From IMG/VR virus record IMGVR_UViG_3300003690_002543: a DNA stretch of 64,000 nt. One strand, 5' to 3'. Shown one piece after another: positions 59,692 through 64,000 of this stretch. The notes beneath the pieces are model-generated. The model had not been told where the DNA came from. It did no database searches and saw nothing but the letters and a program-made list of their open reading frames with translations. Origin of the DNA: an uncultured virus (IMG/VR IMGVR_UViG_3300003690_002543) (taxonomy: Duplodnaviria; Heunggongvirae; Uroviricota; Caudoviricetes). The position numbers and the translations under genes are program-made. Numbering within the stretch: the first letter of the stretch is position 1; each line of letters starts with the position of its first letter.

Positions 59692-60729
59692 ATGAATAAT
59701 TTTTTAAATGATTTTGTAAAAGAATCTGGAAACGAATATGCGAATATTGTCCATGATGGATTGGAGGGATCTGATATTACTGGGTTCGTTGATACTGGAT
59801 CTTATGCTTTTAATGCTTTGCTTTCTGGTACTCTTTGGGGAGGAATTCCTAATAACAAAATTATCGCGCTCGCAGGGGAATCCGCGACTGGAAAGACATA
59901 TTTCACGTTGGGGATCGTATATAAGTTTCTTCTTGACAATAATGATGGTGTGGTTCTGTATTTCGATACTGAGCAGGCAGTGACATCAGATATGTTTTCT
60001 GATCGTGGTATTGATTCAACTCGGGTTGCAGTTTTTCCTATTGCAACCGTAGAAGAATTTAGATATCAAGTAATTAAGATTGTTGATAAGTATCTTGAAC
60101 TTCCTAAGAATGAAAGAAAACCTATGTTAATTTGTCTTGACTCACTTGGAATGTTGAGTACCAATAAGGAAGTTGCTGATACCGCAGAAGGTAAGGGTAC
60201 TCGTGACATGACACGAGCACAGATGGTAAAGTCTACATTTCGTGTGCTCACATTGAAATTGGGGAAAGCAGCAATTCCTTTGATTCTTACAAATCATACT
60301 TATGATGTTATGGGTGCATATGTACCTATGAAGGAAATGGGAGGTGGTTCTGGATTAAAATATGCTGCATCTACTATTGTTTATCTCTCAAAGAAGAAAG
60401 TAAAAGAAGGAACAGATGTTATTGGTAATATCATACATTGCAAATTATATAAAAGTCGTTTTACAAAAGAAAATTCGATGGTAGATGTAATGCTCAATTA
60501 TGATGAGGGGTTAAATCCGTATTATGGTCTTGTGGATTTGGCTATCAAATATGAAATATTTAATAAGATTTCTACTCGCATTGAGCTTCCAGACGGAACA
60601 AAAATTTATGAGAAGCAATTATATAAAGACCCTGAAAAATATTTTACAGAAGATATCATGAAACAACTTGAAAAAGCAGCCGCAAAAGAATTTAAATATG
60701 GTAATATGGGAACCCAAGAAGATGAATGA
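59692..60729 (+). CDS. uvsX: RecA-like recombinase UvsX
   Basis: [43 protein letters not shown]. Confidence 0.95.
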   Translation: MNNFLNDFVKESGNEYANIVHDGLEGSDITGFVDTGSYAFNALLSGTLWGGIPNNKIIALAGESATGKTYFTLGIVYKFLLDNNDGVVLYFDTEQAVTSDMFSDRGIDSTRVAVFPIATVEEFRYQVIKIVDKYLELPKNERKPMLICLDSLGMLSTNKEVADTAEGKGTRDMTRAQMVKSTFRVLTLKLGKAAIPLILTNHTYDVMGAYVPMKEMGGGSGLKYAASTIVYLSKKKVKEGTDVIGNIIHCKLYKSRFTKENSMVDVMLNYDEGLNPYYGLVDLAIKYEIFNKISTRIELPDGTKIYEKQLYKDPEKYFTEDIMKQLEKAAAKEFKYGNMGTQEDE

Positions 60730-61060
60730 AATACCCAAGTATCGATACGTTGATGAAATTACAGAAGGAAATGTTCCAATTGAAATTATGGATGGTAAAT
60801 ATAAGGGACTTATGTTAAGATATAATCATGTTATTCTTACCGAGAAAAACGAAGAGCTTCGTTTTGATTATGATTATGAAATTATAAAAAATCCAGATGA
60901 AGTAGAAATGAATCAAGAATTAAAGGATATTTTTACTTCAATTTTAGTTTCTGTTTTAGATGAACAAATTTATGATATGCCAGCTGATTTAGATTTACTG
61001 AAAGAAGGTAATGGTGAAAAACGTCGAGAGGGTAATACTTCAAAATCTGATATACAATGA
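60722..61060 (+). CDS. Conserved T4-like protein at the gp40 position
   Basis: Between uvsX and the helicase; [17 protein letters not shown]. Confidence 0.5.
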   Translation: MNEIPKYRYVDEITEGNVPIEIMDGKYKGLMLRYNHVILTEKNEELRFDYDYEIIKNPDEVEMNQELKDIFTSILVSVLDEQIYDMPADLDLLKEGNGEKRREGNTSKSDIQ

Positions 61061-62371
61061 AGAGTTCTCACGAAGAGTTACTCCATTCTTAAAAAGTGAA
61101 TATTTTCATGATCCAGTAGAACGTATGGTTTTTAGTTCTATTCAAGAATTTATTATGAAATACAATGCACTTCCTACCAAGGAAGCTATTGTTATTGATT
61201 TAAATAAGAATACTAACATCAATGAAGAACAGTTTAAACATCTTGGACAATTGATGGAAGATCTTTCTTCAGAAAATGTTCCTGAATTATTATGGCTCAT
61301 AAATGAAACAGAAGATTTTTGTAAAGATAAAGCGATTTATAATGTAATGCTATTCCAGAAATACTCTCTGATGCACTCGCAGTTTCTTTTGATGTCCATA
61401 TTGGACATGATTATCTTGAAGATGCAGATGAAAGATATGAATTTTATCATAGACTAGAAAAGAAAATTCCTTTTGATCTTGAATATCTTAATACAATTAC
61501 TGGGGGTGGTACTCCTTCAAAAACTCTTAATATTGTCATGGCTGGGACAGGTGTTGGTAAATCTTTATTTTTGTGTCATCATGCAGCAAATTGTTTATCA
61601 CAAAATAATAATGTTCTTTATATTACATGTGAAATGGCAGAAGAAAGAATTGCAGAAAGAATTGATGCAAATTTATTTGATTTAACAATTGATTCTGTAC
61701 AAGATCTTCCTCATTTATTGTATAAGAAAAAATTGGATAATTTAAAATCAAAACTCAAGGGTAAATTAATTATAAAGGAATATCCTACAGCAACAGCAAA
61801 TGCGAATCATTTTCGTGCTCTTCTTGATGAGCTTTGGATGAAAAAGAAATTTAAACCAGATATTATCTTTATTGATTATTTAAATATTTGTGCCTCTGCT
61901 CGCCTCAAGAGTGGAAATAATGTAAATTCATATACTTATATTAAAGCAATTGCAGAGGAATTGCGTGGTATGGCAGTAGAAAGAAATGTACCAATTTTTT
62001 CTGCAACGCAAGTAAATCGTGGTGGTTTTAATAATACTGATGTTGGTCTGGAAGATACAGCAGAATCTTTTGGACTTCCTGCAACTGCTGATTTTATGAT
62101 TGCTCTTATAACTACTGAAGAATTAGAGGAACTTAATCAAATTATGATAAAGCAACTCAAAAATCGGTATAATGATGTTGCATCTAATAAAAAGTTTATT
62201 CTTGGAATTAATAGAGGAAAGATGAAATTGTATGATGTGGAAAAAAATGCACAGGGTGGGATATTTCAGTCCAACCAAACAGAAGAAACAAGAGCTGGAT
62301 CTGGGTTGGATGGACGTAACTTCGATGAAAAGTTTTCTTCAAAACCAACTTTTGAAAACTGGAATATCTGA
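61011..62371 (+). CDS. Replicative helicase gp41, frameshifted near 61344
   Basis: N-part ends KDKAIYN|, then a frame change to NAIPEILSDALAVSFD..GHDY..AGTGVGKS..IIKEYPT..IDYLNI..ESFGLPATAD. Confidence 0.95.
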
Positions 62372-63423
62372 TGACATATTATATCGACAAAAAATTTATA
62401 AATCTGGCATCAGGAAGTCTTAGTCAATTTAAATGGAAGAAAGAGGATCTTGCGAATTGTCGATGTCCTATTTGTGGTGATTCAAAGAAGAATAAAACAA
62501 AAGCTCGTGGTTATTTTTTCAAAAAAGGGAATGATTTTTTTTATAAATGTCATAATTGTGGTGCTGGATTGTCTCTGTATAGATTTTTAGAAGAAGTATC
62601 ACCCATTCTAATGAAAGATTATTCATTGGAAAGATGGAAAGCGGGTGAAAATGGGAATTCAAATTATAAAAAACCAAAAGAAGATACAATGTTTGGGTTT
62701 TCGTTTAAACCTAAGTTTAAACCCAAGTCAGAATTATTGGATGAATTAATACCTGTCTCTAAATTGTCAAAAGAACATCCAGCATATCAATTTTGTAAAT
62801 TGAGGAGATTGCCAGAAAAACATTATAATATATTGTATTATACAGACGATTTTGGAACGTGGATGAAAAAATTAGATCCTGATTGTCTTCCTGTTGGGAA
62901 AGAGGAACGCCTTGTGATTCCTTTTTTCAATAAGAAGGGGGATGTTGTTGGTGCCCAAGGAAGATTATTATCATTTAAAGATGAATATGAAGCAAGACAA
63001 TCTGTTAGGTATATTACGGTAAAGGCAGATAAAAGTATTGATCGTCTTTGGTATGGTTTGTGGAGAACAAATCCAAAAGAAAGGGTGTATATTGTTGAAG
63101 GACCTTTGGATAGTTTATTCATTCCAAACACAATTGCTATGGTTGGTGCGGGGGCGATAGAACAAATACATCCTCATCTTATTGACAGTGAAGTGGTATA
63201 TGTTCTTGATAATGAACCTAGAAATAAACAAATAGTAAATTACATAGATCGATTGATAAATAAAGGCTGTACTGTTTGTATTTGGCCTTCTAATATAAAT
63301 GAAAAGGATATTAATGATATGATCTATACCAGAACAGCTAAGGAAATTAAAAAAATTATTGATGATAATACATATGCCGGATTAGAAGCAAGATTAAATT
63401 TTAGAAATTGGAGAAAGACATGA
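62371..63423 (+). CDS. DNA primase gp61
   Basis: CRCPICGDS..KCHNCG zinc finger; VEGPLDSLF; DNEPRN; KDIND. Confidence 0.95.
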   Translation: MTYYIDKKFINLASGSLSQFKWKKEDLANCRCPICGDSKKNKTKARGYFFKKGNDFFYKCHNCGAGLSLYRFLEEVSPILMKDYSLERWKAGENGNSNYKKPKEDTMFGFSFKPKFKPKSELLDELIPVSKLSKEHPAYQFCKLRRLPEKHYNILYYTDDFGTWMKKLDPDCLPVGKEERLVIPFFNKKGDVVGAQGRLLSFKDEYEARQSVRYITVKADKSIDRLWYGLWRTNPKERVYIVEGPLDSLFIPNTIAMVGAGAIEQIHPHLIDSEVVYVLDNEPRNKQIVNYIDRLINKGCTVCIWPSNINEKDINDMIYTRTAKEIKKIIDDNTYAGLEARLNFRNWRKT

Positions 63424-63623
63424 CATTTTTCGAATATGATGATGATATCCCCGAAGAAGTTCTTCTTGAAATTGTTATAGATTTTAATCGACATTTTGCT
63501 CGTTATGTAAAGGAAGTAAATGAGGAATTATTTCATAGAGCCAAAGATTATGCTATATCATTTGTAGAATTAGAAGGTTATGATATTTCATTCATAGATA
63601 TAGATGATGACGAAGAAGATTAA
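63420..63623 (+). CDS. Small acidic hypothetical protein
   Basis: ATGA overlap with the primase stop. Confidence 0.5.
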   Translation: MTFFEYDDDIPEEVLLEIVIDFNRHFARYVKEVNEELFHRAKDYAISFVELEGYDISFIDIDDDEED

Positions 63624-64000
63624 AGTTCTTGATAAAGGATATGTTGATTTAGTAGATCATATGGGGAATGATCTCACTGTGGTAAATGCTGCTCGCGTGT
63701 CTTTTGATAAAGAAAGTTCGTGGGAATATAATGCAGAGGCTCTCAAGAAAGTAACAGGACATAATTGGCAAGCAGATCGCCTTCGTAATGAATTTAAATG
63801 TCTTTCTGATAAAGATCAAAAACTTATTGAATATTTAGCAGAACATAATCATTGGACACCATTTGCTCATCCACAAATTACTTTAAGAATTAAGGCTCCT
63901 GTGTCAATAAGGACACAATTTTTTAAGCATAAGCAAGGATTTGTAGAGAATGAAATAAGTCGTAGATATGTTTCTTTTGAGCCAGATTTTTATGCACCTC
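63607..64000 (+). CDS. thyX: FAD-dependent thymidylate synthase ThyX (runs off the window end)
   Basis: Not in the ORF track: VLDKGYVDLVDHMGNDLTVVNAARVSF..YLAEHNHWTPFAH..NEISRRYV. Confidence 0.92.
   Translation, partial: MTKKIKVLDKGYVDLVDHMGNDLTVVNAARVSFDKESSWEYNAEALKKVTGHNWQADRLRNEFKCLSDKDQKLIEYLAEHNHWTPFAHPQITLRIKAPVSIRTQFFKHKQGFVENEISRRYVSFEPDFYAP

Noticed and set aside
13548..62371. Introns, inteins or homing endonucleases as the cause of breaks in gp17, gp43 and gp41
   Set aside because: Sequence is missing rather than inserted at the junctions; no intein or endonuclease motifs seen
618..63131. Numerous minus-strand and nested alternate-frame ORFs of 60-150 aa in the track
   Set aside because: All overlap well-supported plus-strand genes and carry no recognisable motifs; shadow ORFs
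1..64000. tRNA, rRNA, integrase or transposase genes
   Set aside because: None recognised by eye; intergenic spaces are mostly too short. A tRNAscan/Infernal run would be needed to exclude them formally

Overview
This window is a 64-kb, AT-rich segment of a T4-like (myovirus) phage genome. Essentially all credible genes lie on the + strand. Gene order: (1) baseplate (gp53, split gp27-like hub, gp25, gp6, gp7, gp8); (2) neck, tail and head (gp13-gp23, gp3); (3) recombination and late transcription (uvsY, uvsW, gp55, gp47, gp46); (4) a PLP-enzyme plus DNA-methyltransferase-like pair; (5) clamp, clamp loader and regA; (6) an ~18-kb island of about 23 glycan biosynthesis genes ending in a TPR-glycosyltransferase next to a Gly-X-Thr collagen-like protein and a beta-helix protein; (7) dUTPase, DUF1599, gp43, uvsX, gp41, gp61 and thyX. 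The strongest candidates for a new system are a phage-encoded virion O-glycosylation system (Gly-X-Thr motifs recur in the structural proteins), a possible DNA hypermodification module, a cupredoxin domain inserted in baseplate gp53, and a perfect antisense sigma70 promoter back-to-back with the gp55 promoter. At least six genes, including essential ones, show short apparent deletions, and there are two N-gaps, so assembly quality limits interpretation. All family calls come from recognised motifs and synteny, not database searches.
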